A stretch of 64,000 nucleotides of DNA, from NCBI GenBank assembly GCA_050575255.1, contig JBNZDD010013686.1, positions 4,088,801-4,152,800 on the forward strand, read 5' to 3'. The notes beneath the pieces are model-generated. The model was not told the DNA's origin. It made no database searches and worked only from the letters and a program-made list of their open reading frames with translations. A program made the translations under genes and the position numbers. This document shows, one piece after another, positions 26,315 to 39,219 of this stretch (position 1 is its first letter; every line of letters begins with the position of its first letter). The DNA is from Harriotta raleighana. Its lineage: Eukaryota.

Positions 26315-29300
26315 GTTGGTGGGTTGGAGTTTGTGTGTGTGGGGGGAGGTGGATGGGGGGTATACATAGACCTACTCTCGTAAGTGCTCTGACATCCATG
26401 AAAACTGCAATGATTTTTCAAAACTTTTTTACAAAGAGGGAATGCATACTGAAATATACTCCCATCTAAGCAGTGTTGTAAATTGGATAAATTTGGGATA
26501 ATTTATGGATAGCCCATATTTCTTTTCCCCACATCTAATAAAGTAGCAGTACTCTTGAGCGAATCAACAGAACGTCCCTGCCAGGGATAGGCAGAGCCAA
26601 CATCTGTATCCTAACATTAATGTACAATTGTTATGTAGTGGGTTACAAAGGCTGTTATTTCTGGACGGAACTAAAACCACATTTGGTTTAAAATAAAATA
26701 TTCTTCGTCGGAGAGGCATCTTATCATTACTCAAAGTGAGGGGCTTCAATTCCTATCAGTTGCAGGGATGGCTCCATGGAATTCCAGTGAAGGGGTGGAA
26801 TATTTTTTACTGACAATGTTATTACTCTGCCGTCTCGTTTTATTGGCCATGTAGCATTGCCTCTGTATTAATGGGTATGCGCCCAATCCAATCTGATTAC
26901 CAGTCTAACAGGAGTGCAATGCATTTCACAATCTTGGACAACTTGGAGGTCAGAATTGTCCATTAGCTTTATCTTTAACTTCCTGAGTATCGAAATGTAA
27001 TGAGTCGCAAAGCCACTGCACTGCATGGAAATTTAATAAAAATTGCACATTTCACATTCTCCACCATAAATCAATAACTGATATTTTATATACCGTGAGC
27101 TTGTTAATAAATCCCATAACTATTTGCATGGCTTTCTTTGAAACTAAGGTAAAAAGGTCAACGTACAGTTTTTCCACCACAAGCACATTAGGATCCGAGA
27201 GATAAACTTTCAGGAACAACCGTACTGTTTTATGTATAGCAGCAATTACAAAGAAAGCTAGATCAATACTTCATCCTAATATGAACCACAAATATTGCAG
27301 TGAAAACGTAATCAATAGTTTCTCACAATAAGACACACTGCTTCGGTGTTTATAGCCGTCATTAGACATTTAAAGTGACGGAAAATTGATTTTATAAATG
27401 AGAAATTCAATACAGACCTAAACTGGTTGCAACATTTAACCATAAATTAAAAACTGAAACAATGTTTTTGCTGCGCTGCATATTGAAATGCTTCGCCCAT
27501 CTATGCTGTTTCCTCATGACTAATACAGTTTATGCTTTATCATTTATTCACGTGATGAAATCAAAGTCATGGAGCATTAACCCTGGAATCAAAGGATTCC
27601 TTCTTGACAAACATGTAATAGATTAGAGCTGTTCTGTTTTAACAGCAAAATCTTCTGATAACGGACCCCCTGTCAACACACTTTTCAAAAGTGCTTTTAA
27701 ACTTTAAATAAACTTCTGCTGCCTTGATGATGAGATTCTTATTTTCCCAACATGAGTATTTGCAAATGATCAATGTCACCCAAACATTAAAAATAATTGA
27801 GCAAAGTTTTGAGTAACATACAGTCTTAGCAAACCAGATGTTTCACAAATCTGATCCTTATTGTTACTGGAAGCAAAGACTTGGAGAGCCACATAGTAAT
27901 GGGCTAGTCGGAGATTTTCCACATCATGATGTATTGCTTTAGAAAATCTCTATGGAATTTTTCATATTTACGTATGGATTTGGCCAACCGAGGTTCGCTA
28001 TTAATTCCTCGACCATTACAAGTATATCCGACGCTTGAGCAGCCTGTTGTATTTTGGTGTCCTCTCTGGTTACAGCCCTCATTCTTTCCTCTGACAGATT
28101 GCACACTGACACCGCTCTGCAAAGCTAGTTTGCTCAGTAAATTTCACAGACCTATTACTGATGCGCTGAAGAGCGTGTCCCAGTCTTTTCGGGCAATACG
28201 AACTTTCAATAACTGACTGTTTGGATTTACCGAGCTCATTACCTGTGCTGCAACATTTTATGGATTACACAGAGCAGTCCTCAGCCATCATCAGTTAATG
28301 CCACATCCATGATTTCCATCTAAGCATCTCGCTTAAAAAATTCTAGGCACAGTAGATTAAGAATGAATGAGTCATGTGTTGTTCCTGAGTAATTGGTACA
28401 GACATGTATAATAATATTCTGAACATTGCACAGCACCTGGACAGTCATTGAATGGAATATTTCACATGACTGAACTCTGAGTAGGTGTACAGATCTTGAT
28501 ATTCATGCAATCAACATCACCAAGTATCCTTGGGAAAACTGGCTACCTAGCACACTTTTGTGTCCCAGACTGCTGCTCCTCTGCTTTCAAGGGGGTGTGG
28601 GGGCAGAGGGAATATGCAGAAGAGAAGCCCTTATTTAGCAGTGCATCAATGACCTTTTAAATGAGATGTCACATTTATTTAGATGCCAGGGATACTGCTT
28701 CACATGGTTTGATGTATCTGTTCTTTGTAGTAGCTTAGATTTTGCAGCTTTTTCACCACACAAGTGTCTATGAGAAGGAAGGAGATATGATCCCAAACTC
28801 CCGGAGGCAAAGTGAATGGGGTATGTTTATATTTTCCATCCCTTGTGATCCAGTGGGATGAGGTAGCATATGCTGAGTGCCTGGCAAGCTTAAGGCACAA
28901 TTTATCTGAATCTTTAGCATTTCTTTTTGCCTATATGGATGAACACGTTACAACTTTTACACTGTTTTCTTTTAGGAAAGAAAAACTAGTCTCTCGAACA
29001 TTACCCATGCCTTGAAATACATGCCTACCAATTAGAGGTGTTTTTTTTTTAAAAGGAGTAAAATGCTCCATGTTTCTGATGCGATACTTATAACTTGTGG
29101 TATCACGACATATTCCAACAGTTTGTGTGAAGATAATGTGTCTACCCCAATATGTCTGGTCTCCTGTGACTTTATTCTGCCACTACTCTAACCCACTTCC
29201 CCACCCCCTTACCTATGGGCTTTCTTGCCTTTACAGTATGTTAGGCTGTAATCCCTTACCCTCCTAGGCCCAGTTTTCCTTCATGCATCATCACAACATT

Positions 29301-30209
29301 GATGCCTTTAGGGCTTTCCTTCCCCCCCCCCCCTTCCTCCAGCTGCTGCCTCTACTACTAAAGTCAGTCATTCCTTTGTCTCTTTTGACACATCCAAGAA
29401 CTCAAGGTGCTCCTCTTAACCTTCACTGAATCAATGCCACCTTCCTACCCAGCCCCATCGGCCACGTTACAAGACGACACGTAACCTTTAAAAACGTGTG
29501 AAGGTTCGACTACTTCACATTCTTTATATACAGATTTCTCCTTATTAACGTCCTGAACTTCATCTATCCTGAAATTGTCAGGTGCACTAAAGGTTTCCGT
29601 ACAATACAGCAGTTCATCATTGTAATTACTACCTTCAGACATCTCGGATTTTAGCTTGAATTAATGAGCAAAGGCATCAGAAGACACCACAGTCCAGTTA
29701 GGTTAAGATCAACTGCTCTTTTCCAGCTTTTGATTTCATTAAACTCACAACGATGACCACATTGATTCGCTTCTCTTCCCACTCCCAAGTCACTAGAGCC
29801 TTAAATATATATTTTTAACATTTGAACACCCACCTTTTTGGTTCTCCAGTAGGGTATTTTTTCTTTCCTCTCCCTCCTCCCCTCTCTTTCTCTCTCTCTT
29901 TTGCACCCTTGTCACTGAGATGTTTTGAAATTCAACGTTCATCTCCAAAACAAATTTGCTGTGGAAAGTCCCAGAGCGTTCTGCCAAATGTTTAGTTAAT
30001 AATAATAATAGTTAAGTTGGCAGATGTTAATTTAACATGAGTTCATGAATGCTAACACAGCAAGTCATTTTGTCAAAACAAAATACTGCCCCTGATATTT
30101 CCTTGGCCTGATGAAGATAAGGTCTGTGTGTTGCTGGCAAGCTTCCATTTACAAACATACCAGCAACTCAAAGTATGCATCATCATCATGATCATAATCG
30201 GAATTAATA

Positions 30210-30420
30210 ATTCTCACAGTTGATGTAGTACCTTCAACATGTTAGAATGGACGTCTCACAGAATTTACTTTGAAGTGTGATGAGTGTGTATTTTCCAGGA
30301 GAATTTTGCGCACAGCATTGTTCATCCTGCAAGCGGCCATGAAGTGAGTGACCAATTTTATTTAGGGTATTATTGGCCATGACACCGGGAGAGACTCTGT
30401 TCTCTTAATGAACTGTGCCT
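30210..30420 (-). mobile_element. Degraded DeuSINE
   Basis: ttttgcgcacagca and tattggccatgacaccgggaga match the reverse complement of the Deu domain. Confidence 0.5.
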
Positions 30421-32048
30421 GATCTCAAACTCAGTAGTATACCCTTTACTATGCCAATTTGGATTTTGTTTCTCCCCCCCACTCCAATTCCCACATTAGC
30501 CATTAGAATAATTCAGAACAAGGTTTTTTTTTAAATTTAATGACATTTTGTGATAAATTGTGGGGAGTGTAATACTGTGGACCATGCACATCGGGCTCAG
30601 ACAATCTGAATTAATTTACACAGGACCCTTTCATTTAGCAGACAGAGACTTTCATCCAATCAGGCTTGGCTGCATTTTGAGCTCTATTCCCAGAGGCGAA
30701 AAAAATATATTCCAATTCCCTGTACCACTCAGTCCCAAACTATACTGTCTTACCACACGCATATAATTAAATATGTGATGGGGACAGATGCCCAGAGCAA
30801 GATTGGAACAGTTTACTGATGTTCTAAATCCACGACACAGAAGTTCTGAGTGAGCCCAGGCTTTACTGCACACAGTTTGCCCGTGGCTAAAAGAAGAAAA
30901 TCAACTGTGAGTTAACAAATGGCCTTGTCTTGCCCCCACTGCTCGGAAGCTCTGTGTACATCATTAGTACACATGGGTAAACCATCAATTAAAAATTGTT
31001 TGCAGCAGCCCCCAAAAGCGCAATTACAATGCGCATATGTAACCATGGCAAGAATGCTTTCACACATTGTGAATGCAGCCCTCACAGCTAGAAAAAAAAT
31101 GTCATCCAAAAAGTTCAAATAATGCTAAATCTAATTGCTAGTTTTCATTAAAGATTATGGGTTTGAGGGATTTAAAAAAAAAATTGAAGTGTCTTCTCAC
31201 AACCCTTGAGTCTTTAAGACATCAATGATTATGACCTATACTGGCTCACATACCCATTTGCATCTCATGGATCAAGGTTTTCCAGCCTTATTCCAGTGTA
31301 TGGCACACCTGAGCACCTCTTGTTAATAAAATTACAGGATCAGCCTGTAGTTATCATCCAGGGCACGTGCTCTGTTTGAGTAACAGCACCAGTAGATACT
31401 CAAAGATGTCTAGATATCAAAGATATCTTTCCATGAATCATAACTCTTTACCCACAGGCAAAACAGGCACTGTTAATGCTAGCCCGCTGTTAATGCTGCT
31501 GGTAAAGGGTTGCTCACTGCCGAAAAGTGAATTTATTAGGCAGATTTTAAACATTAAAGAAAGATTGATTAATGCGGAGTTTACGCAGCACATTTGGTGC
31601 CACAAGACATGCAGTCTACTAGGCTTTAGCTGGCATATACCCTACTGCTGCCCTCCTCCTAACATCACCACAGAAGATAGTTATAGGAGTTACATTCTCC
31701 CCATGTGGAGTATAAAAGTGCTATTTGTGCAAATGACACTGGACACACTCCAATGTGGCCTGTCTTTAATGCTATATACAGTACCAGCATTCATATTGTA
31801 TAATATTTCTGTTTAGGACCTAACGAGAACATATTTCCCCTGAATTTGATGCCACCTATAATATTAATTACCTAGTGCATATTCAGCAAATCCAGTTCAT
31901 TTGTGTTTGCTGGGAACAAACATAAAGCACAGATGCTGAATTGAAATCCCATCATTTCTAATTAGCTCTCTTAATGCCAATTCCCTGCTTCTCTCCCTTT
32001 GGCGAGTTACTAATCCAAGTCCACGTCTTTCCCGGGCAGTGTCTGTCC

Positions 32049-32473
32049 GGCTCGGTTAGTAGCATTCTTACCTTTGTGTCAGAAGATTATGGGATCAAGC
32101 CCCCATGTTGGCACATTGAAAACACTTTGCCCTGTCTGACACTCCAATATAGTGATGAGGGAAGAGCTGAATTGCTGTCCTTCAGATGAGTTGTTAAACT
32201 GAAGTCCCATGTGCCTGCTCAGGTACGTGAACATTAATGATTCTGTGGCACTATCCAGAGTGAAGACAGTTTCTCCCCATGTCCTGGCCAACAATCCTCC
32301 AGATAAAATTGATCTTTCTTTCGCTTTAAGAGAAGTGGGACATTACTGAACGCAAACTGTCTGACACACTTGCCTACAAAATACAATCACTGCATTTTAC
32401 TGGCTGTGAAGTGTTTTGAGACAATCACTTAATGTGAAAAGCACCATATTAAATATAACGATTATTATTATTA
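32049..32473 (+). mobile_element. Older full-length DeuSINE (SacSINE1/AmnSINE-like)
   Basis: Degenerate tRNA head, Deu-domain gtccttcagatgag...ttaaac and gtcctggccaaca, L2-type tail. Confidence 0.7.
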
Positions 32474-33437
32474 CAATTACCCATAATACCCAATAACATC
32501 ACTTTGCAAAGGAGTCTCTCATGTGATACTACACATTATCAAAGACCTTTTAGACATTTAGATGCTGTTGGACCTTCAGCATTCTGCATTCAGTGTCATC
32601 GTAAATAAAACTAAATTAACATTACTGGTCTTTAGGTTTGCTTGACTTGAATACAGCAATTCTGCAGAGAACAGTTCTTCATTCGCTGAACTATGGATTT
32701 ATAATTTGCATTATAATGGGGGAAAGGCTGTCAGATGAAAGGTCAGTCAGTAAGTAAGCCATTCCTTCTTGGATTTACAGATGACATAAAAAGACACTAA
32801 AGCAGTTAGGGCCCTCAACTCTAGTGAAGAGAGTCGTTGGTAAGTCATAACTCTCCATTCATCTAAAAAATGATTGACCAAAATACAAAGGGAAGTGACT
32901 GAATGCGCATCTTGTTAATGTTGGTGGCATTTCCTATTACTTAATCTAGTCATACCATTTACAGGAAATATCTAAGTTTTTTTCTCCCTCTAAAAGCATA
33001 TTAGTTCATAGCAATCTCTGTGCTGATGTTCAGCTAATTAGCACAAAATTCATTTGCATAAATAAAATGGATTAATATGGAATCCTTCAAATGTAAATTA
33101 GCAACAATCGGTAAGTCTGTTTTGATTTGATCTACAGTGAAACATAAAGTTAAGAATCAAGATACAAAATATATTTTGAATGTTTTTACCTTTGTTTTAT
33201 GGTCAGGTATCTAACAAGTGACCCATTCTAATGAGTATCGAACAGTACATAGGTTTTATTATTTTTTGTGGGTTTGAGGAATATATCATTTCAGAAGCCT
33301 AAAATCAACCATAGACTTTGACAGTTGTTTTTAACATTTCATTCTATTTAATGCAATGTCATCATCTGCTGGTAGAGCATTAGTACTGCAGCAGCAAAGA
33401 GTCAATTCAACTCTGATATAAACTTTAAAAGATATTG

Positions 33438-33710
33438 ATAATGATAATCCTTGCATTTGATATAGCGCTTTTCACATCTTTTAGACATCTCAAAGCACTT
33501 CACAGAAGTGAATAGATTGTACAAATATGGGCAAAACGTGGCAGACAATTGCATACAGCAGTGTCCCATAATAATCCCATAATTTTTTGAAGGGATTTTT
33601 ATTAGGTGCGTGGAGTAAGGAAACTTGCCCAACGTTTCGCCCTGCTGGGAATCGAACCCAGGTCTCTCGCTTGTGAGACGAATGCTCTAACCACTGAGCT
33701 AAAGGACTCC
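33438..33710 (-). mobile_element. Near full-length tRNA-derived SINE (Deu-like core, L2-like tail, (ATT)n end)
   Basis: Pol III A box TAGCTCAGTGG and B box GGTTCGATTCC. Core and gcgctatatcaaatgcaaggattatt tail are shared with many copies in the window. Confidence 0.9.
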
Positions 33711-33902
33711 CAAGATGTGATGCCTCCTGACATAGGTCATTCAAATCAGCAACACTCTCACTCCTAGGCTTTGGGGGAAATATTTCTGATGACTCTAACA
33801 CAGATGACTATATAATTGATGTAAAAAAAATACAATTCAAGAAGATCTGGAACAGTTAAATAGATAATGTAGTGACATGTAGATATTAATGTAAATATAA
33901 AG

Positions 33903-34190
33903 TAATAAGAATAATCCTTAAATTTGATATAGCGCTTTTCATGTCTTCTAGATGTCTCAAAGAGCTTCACAGAATATACTGTAAAGTGAATTGACTGCAG
34001 CAGCAGTATTCCACAAACAATTTTGGATTGAAATAACCATATTATTATTGTGGGTTTTTTTTGTTGGCGGGATTATTATTAGGCGTGTCGAGTAAGGAAA
34101 CATGCCCAAGGATTCGCTCTGACCTGCCTGGATTCGAACACAGGTTTCACGCTTTAAGGCCAGTGCTCTAACCACTGAGCTACAGGACTC
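33903..34190 (-). mobile_element. Near full-length SINE of the same family
   Basis: A/B boxes, core and tail. Same orientation as the copy about 190 nt away. Confidence 0.9.
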
Positions 34191-35645
34191 AGTGTAATAT
34201 GTATACACAACAAGCATAATGAAAGATATCCATTATCTTTGGGGATAGGTTAATAATGTAGGTAGAACATTCTTCCAAAATGCTGAGTAAATGGAAAGGA
34301 ATCCACAAAAAGAGAATCTGCATTCCCTGTGGTAGGATAAAGTGACCACACATCCCCGATTTTCTTGGATAATATGCTTTGTGTTTATAACCAAATTTGG
34401 TGTCTTAAGTTCAGCAACAAACTGAGTAAGGACAAGAAATTCCAAACGCATACACTTATCAGAGAACTACAGCCATTAACCCAACAAACTTCTCCAGTAT
34501 TGCCAGCTTCAGTGTTTGTGGTGAGATTTGTTTTATGTGTGTTCCCAGATTTAGTTTACAAAATATAGTCACCCTACGGTAAGAACAAATGTTATGGCCT
34601 GAACAGTCTTTGCTTGTTCCATTTCCTCCCAATATTTCTTTACGGTCACTACTTTTTTCAAGGTTGCATTTTTAACGTTTGTTAGTTTCCCTGAGGGATC
34701 TTTGTATCCCATTGGAAATATAATCAGCTGTTTGCAATATACTTTTTTATGTAGGTTATAGGTTGATGATAATACATTGGTTGAGAGCAGAACAGAGCTC
34801 TGGACAGAAGTGATACAACAAATATAATGTGGGAAAAGTCCATTTGAGTATCTGGCTACTGATTAGTCATGCCTTGTAAATTGGTTGTCGACCAAAATCT
34901 TGAATCCAGTTATATTAATCAAATTAACCATTTCAACATGTGTATTTACATCTGGTCCAACATGGATTAACTATGCTTGGGAAACAATTCAGGACATTGA
35001 ATATTGCAATCCACAATGCATTCACAACATTAGATACGTTGATGCATATTTAAAGGAATCACTAACATAGGTATGGCAGGCAGAGGTAGATCACAGCCTT
35101 GTTCAAAGGCTGGGAGTGTTTCTGTTCTTTCCATCATTCAATTTTAAATGTGCTTCAGGCAAAATTGAATCTCCAAAAAGCAATTTCTTTAGAAGTATTC
35201 AGATATTACATCCAGGACTAACAGTCATGCAACTATAATTATTCTACATTTCAGAACTGGATTTTTAAAATTCACTGAATGACAAGTACAGTGACAGCTC
35301 CCAGAGAGAAGTCTTTAAAATCTTCTCATTTTCAGATGGATTCAGTGCTTCTGATCCTGGAGGTAAAAGGTTATTATATTAATAATGTCTTTCCAGGACT
35401 TTCCAGATAGCACAACTTTCAATAAGTGACATAGCTGCGTTAATGTCTCCAGTGGTTGATTATGAAACTTCTCAACAGATAACAGTTTGCGCATCCAGGC
35501 TGATTGAAATCAATCTCGCAATGTTTTAGTATCACATGCGACAATTTACATTTATACAGCAACTTTTACGTCTGGAGAAGATTCGGTAGCATTTCACAGA
35601 ACTGACTGGGAGTTATACAAAAAGATACACAAGTTTAATATAGCA

Positions 35646-35832
35646 AATAATATTAATAATCCTTGTATTTGATATAACACCTTATCATGGCTGAGACATC
35701 ACAAAGCACTTTGCAAAATTTACTGTAAGTGAATTAACCATATGTGTTGGGCGAAACGCAGCACTCAATTGCGCACAGCAGTGCCCCACGAACAGTCATG
35801 GATTGAAGTGATCAATTTATTATTGTTATTTT
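35646..35832 (-). mobile_element. 5'-truncated SINE
   Basis: Tail plus Deu-like core. Confidence 0.8.
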
Positions 35833-37353
35833 TAAAGGAATTATTTTAAATGTTTAGAGACAATGTTCTAAGTGAACTTTTTAACTCCTTTTGAGAAAAC
35901 AAATTAACTAGGTAGATGAAGCTGAGGGAGCATTGCAACACCGATCTGTTTAACAGTCCAGCAGCCTTACAGAGTATCTTTTGGACAACAACTCCTTTGT
36001 GTATGTATAGTATTACTGGCACCTTTACCAAATCCAAAAACAGTAACTATAGTGTTACAAGTAAAGGAAATCACAATAAAGGTGGTGAGAAACAGAAAAA
36101 TAAAATACACCTCATGACATTTTGATCCCATCCCTGCAAGTTATAACCTTCTGAGTGAATTGTAACCAGAAAATGTTACTTTGCAAAGCAATTTATTATC
36201 CACTAGTATACTTTATGACTAGTTTTACAGTTCGATCTATTAATAAAAGTAATGATAACATTTGCATTTGAGGCACGTCACCGGATTTTAATGTAAATAG
36301 ATTTAATCCTATATTTTCAGTAATATGTAAGCAAACTAAGTAAATAGATGCTTGATTACAATCAAACACTACATTGTTTCCATCAAATAGAAGATGCTTG
36401 CTCTTCAAAAATTCACATTCATTGTTTACGCTGCATCAAATTTTCAATAAACTATTAACCCCAATTTTTTAATCATAATTTATGGTTGTTGGTTTAAAGT
36501 TGGAATCATAGTTTGAGGTGAACAAAAAGCACTGCCTTCACTTTATTAGTCCAATAATTTTAAATTTGACTATTATGACCAATGTAACTCAAATTTGTGC
36601 TGTGTATAAAGGCAGAAGTTAAGACACATAAGGCAGGAAAATAGAAGGGAAAATAAATAGATGAGGAAGAATTTAGAAACCTGGAGATTTCAGAAGGAAA
36701 CTGGAGAATGGGGATGCAAGGAATTCAACAGCTTTGTGGAGTTTGACTTAAGAATGAAAGTATTTAATTTAACAATAGTAGACAGTGCTATGAATCTTGA
36801 TTTGATATAGCAAAGATGAGAATGGAGGAACAGTATATAATTCGATCTTTGGCGGCACAATTAGGAATGAAATGGAAATGGTATGAGGAAACTTTTATTT
36901 ACATCAGGAACATATGATACACTGATTAATAATGTTAATGTAGAGATGTATAGGGGGAAACACCTGACAAAATTTTGCCCCCACATGCTATGATGAATGG
37001 TACATAACGGAAAACTGGACTATGTGAACAACGGGTCCATTGTATATTTGCTCACTTGTGAATTGAGCAGATGTTGCCTCTCTCAATGTGCGTGAAAGCT
37101 CTACAATAAACCTTTGATCAGCTGAGGTTTAATGAGTTTCTTGCTATTTTCTTTTCATTGTGACAGTAAAAAATAAATTCTGCCACATGAAAATGAATAC
37201 AAAAGCCCTCTGGAAACTGATGTTCTGGGTTTTATTTTTAACAAAGTGCAGAAAATTTAAACTTTTCAAATGCGCGCATCATAAAATTAAATGCCAAAAC
37301 TTTTTTTTTGAAAGAAATGCAACATTTTTCAATTGGAAAATTCATCAGTTAGT

Positions 37354-37359
37354 TTTATT
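37354..37359 (-). promoter_or_regulatory. Candidate IDS polyadenylation signal AATAAA (another at 37231-37236)
   Basis: tttatt on the plus strand about 380 nt past the stop. The motif is common in AT-rich DNA. Confidence 0.3.
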
Positions 37360-37740
37360 TCTTTCATTCTCCAGCAGGGGTCAGACCGAAAGCCAAGATT
37401 AGTCTGTGCACAGTCTGATAATTTGTCTGAACATCAGCTGAGATTTAAAAAGTTCCAGTTGGTTGAGTACGAAACCACAAGTGTCCATAGTTTAGTGATA
37501 TTACAGCTAGTTAATAATGATATACCAAAAAAAGCAAGATTTTAGGGGATTTTAGCAGAGTGTCTGAAGCATGCAGAAACCCATACCTAAGGCTTACCTA
37601 AGTTCCTTTTCCAAAACAAAAGGAGAGGACAAAAGTTGGGTATCCCTACATAAAGCAATCTCAATCTTTACATTAGTCTTAAATCAAACTGCTGACTATA
37701 AAATTGGCCCATCTTAAATTCTCGTGTTAAATGAAACACA

Positions 37741-38204
37741 TCAAGCTTTGAGAAAAGTTGAAAATGTTTGAAGAACATCAGCATATTCAGCATTGTGATA
37801 CAAGTTGTGATCCTGACCTGGATCGAGTTTGCAAAGGTACAGCTCTCCTGCGTGAACATCGCTGAGATTGGCAGTAAAAGTGGATGGATTATACCCAACC
37901 CACACTGTGTACCTGTAGTCATAAGAGCGGATGGAGTACCCCATGACTTGAATGTCCTTCAGATCAGGGAGGTCAGAGTTCCACTGAGGTGTATCCGCTG
38001 GTCGTGGGTATTGGCTGTAGGCAATGGCTTCGCGATCAACGTACGACTCGCTGTAGTTTAAGTAGCGGGCAATGCTTTCCCCCTCGGTGCACAATTCAAT
38101 GTCAAAAGACGTTTCAGGACAGAGTGATGGAACAGAGAACCCGACCAGCTCACAGAGGGTTGGAAACAGATCTAGTAATTCCACGTTATCTTCAGGTTTT
38201 AATT
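37741..38204 (-). other. IDS: Second identical copy of IDS exon 9 (probable assembly duplicate)
   Basis: Same sequence as 38756..39219, offset by 1015 nt, inside the 1014-bp direct repeat. Confidence 0.85.
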
Positions 38205-38755
38205 CTGCAACGAAACCGGGTAATAAGTGAATCCATTGCATGATAAAGTTGCAGCAAACTGCATTTGCCTTTTGAATCTTTTGCAACTTTGTGGCCTCTT
38301 TTTAAAAATATATAAAAACACACAGGCAGAGATACTTTTAAAGTAAAACATGTTAGCCTACCTGNAGTTTTATTTCTTTCATTCTCCAGCAGGGGTCAGA
38401 CCGAAAGCCAAGATTAGTCTGTGCACAGTCTGATAATTTGTCTGAACATCAGCTGAGATTTAAAAAGTTCCAGTTGGTTGAGTACGAAACCACAAGTGTC
38501 CATAGTTTAGTGATATTACAGCTAGTTAATAATGATATACCAAAAAAAGCAAGATTTTAGGGGATTTTAGCAGAGTGTCTGAAGCATGCAGAAACCCATA
38601 CCTAAGGCTTACCTAAGTTCCTTTTCCAAAACAAAAGGAGAGGACAAAAGTTGGGTATCCCTACATAAAGCAATCTCAATCTTTACATTAGTCTTAAATC
38701 AAACTGCTGACTATAAAATTGGCCCATCTTAAATTCTCGTGTTAAATGAAACACA

Positions 38756-39219
38756 TCAAGCTTTGAGAAAAGTTGAAAATGTTTGAAGAACATCAGCATA
38801 TTCAGCATTGTGATACAAGTTGTGATCCTGACCTGGATCGAGTTTGCAAAGGTACAGCTCTCCTGCGTGAACATCGCTGAGATTGGCAGTAAAAGTGGAT
38901 GGATTATACCCAACCCACACTGTGTACCTGTAGTCATAAGAGCGGATGGAGTACCCCATGACTTGAATGTCCTTCAGATCAGGGAGGTCAGAGTTCCACT
39001 GAGGTGTATCCGCTGGTCGTGGGTATTGGCTGTAGGCAATGGCTTCGCGATCAACGTACGACTCGCTGTAGTTTAAGTAGCGGGCAATGCTTTCCCCCTC
39101 GGTGCACAATTCAATGTCAAAAGACGTTTCAGGACAGAGTGATGGAACAGAGAACCCGACCAGCTCACAGAGGGTTGGAAACAGATCTAGTAATTCCACG
39201 TTATCTTCAGGTTTTAATT
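38756..39219 (-). CDS. IDS: IDS exon 9, terminal coding exon ([16 protein letters not shown]...FSTFLKA*)
   Basis: ttgcag acceptor, phase 1, AYSQYPRP and YRYTVWVG motifs, TGA at 38756-38758. Confidence 0.96.

Noticed and set aside
33640-33710. tRNA-like sequences with A/B boxes (also at 34120-34190, 45800-45880, 51374-51440, 52195-52266, 60202-60270 and 60540-60599)
   Set aside because: Each is the head of a SINE attached to SINE body sequence, and the anticodons vary between copies. They are not tRNA genes.
1-37000. Exons of expected syntenic neighbours (AFF2 here; EOLA/CXorf40 or TMEM185A on the other side of IDS)
   Set aside because: No ORF or exon-like segment matched these proteins as I recall them. 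Very short exons could have been missed.
37741-38286. 181-aa ORF as a separate sulfatase gene or an IDSP1-like pseudogene
   Set aside because: It is IDS exon 9 plus intron read-through, identical to the other copy and next to an assembly N.
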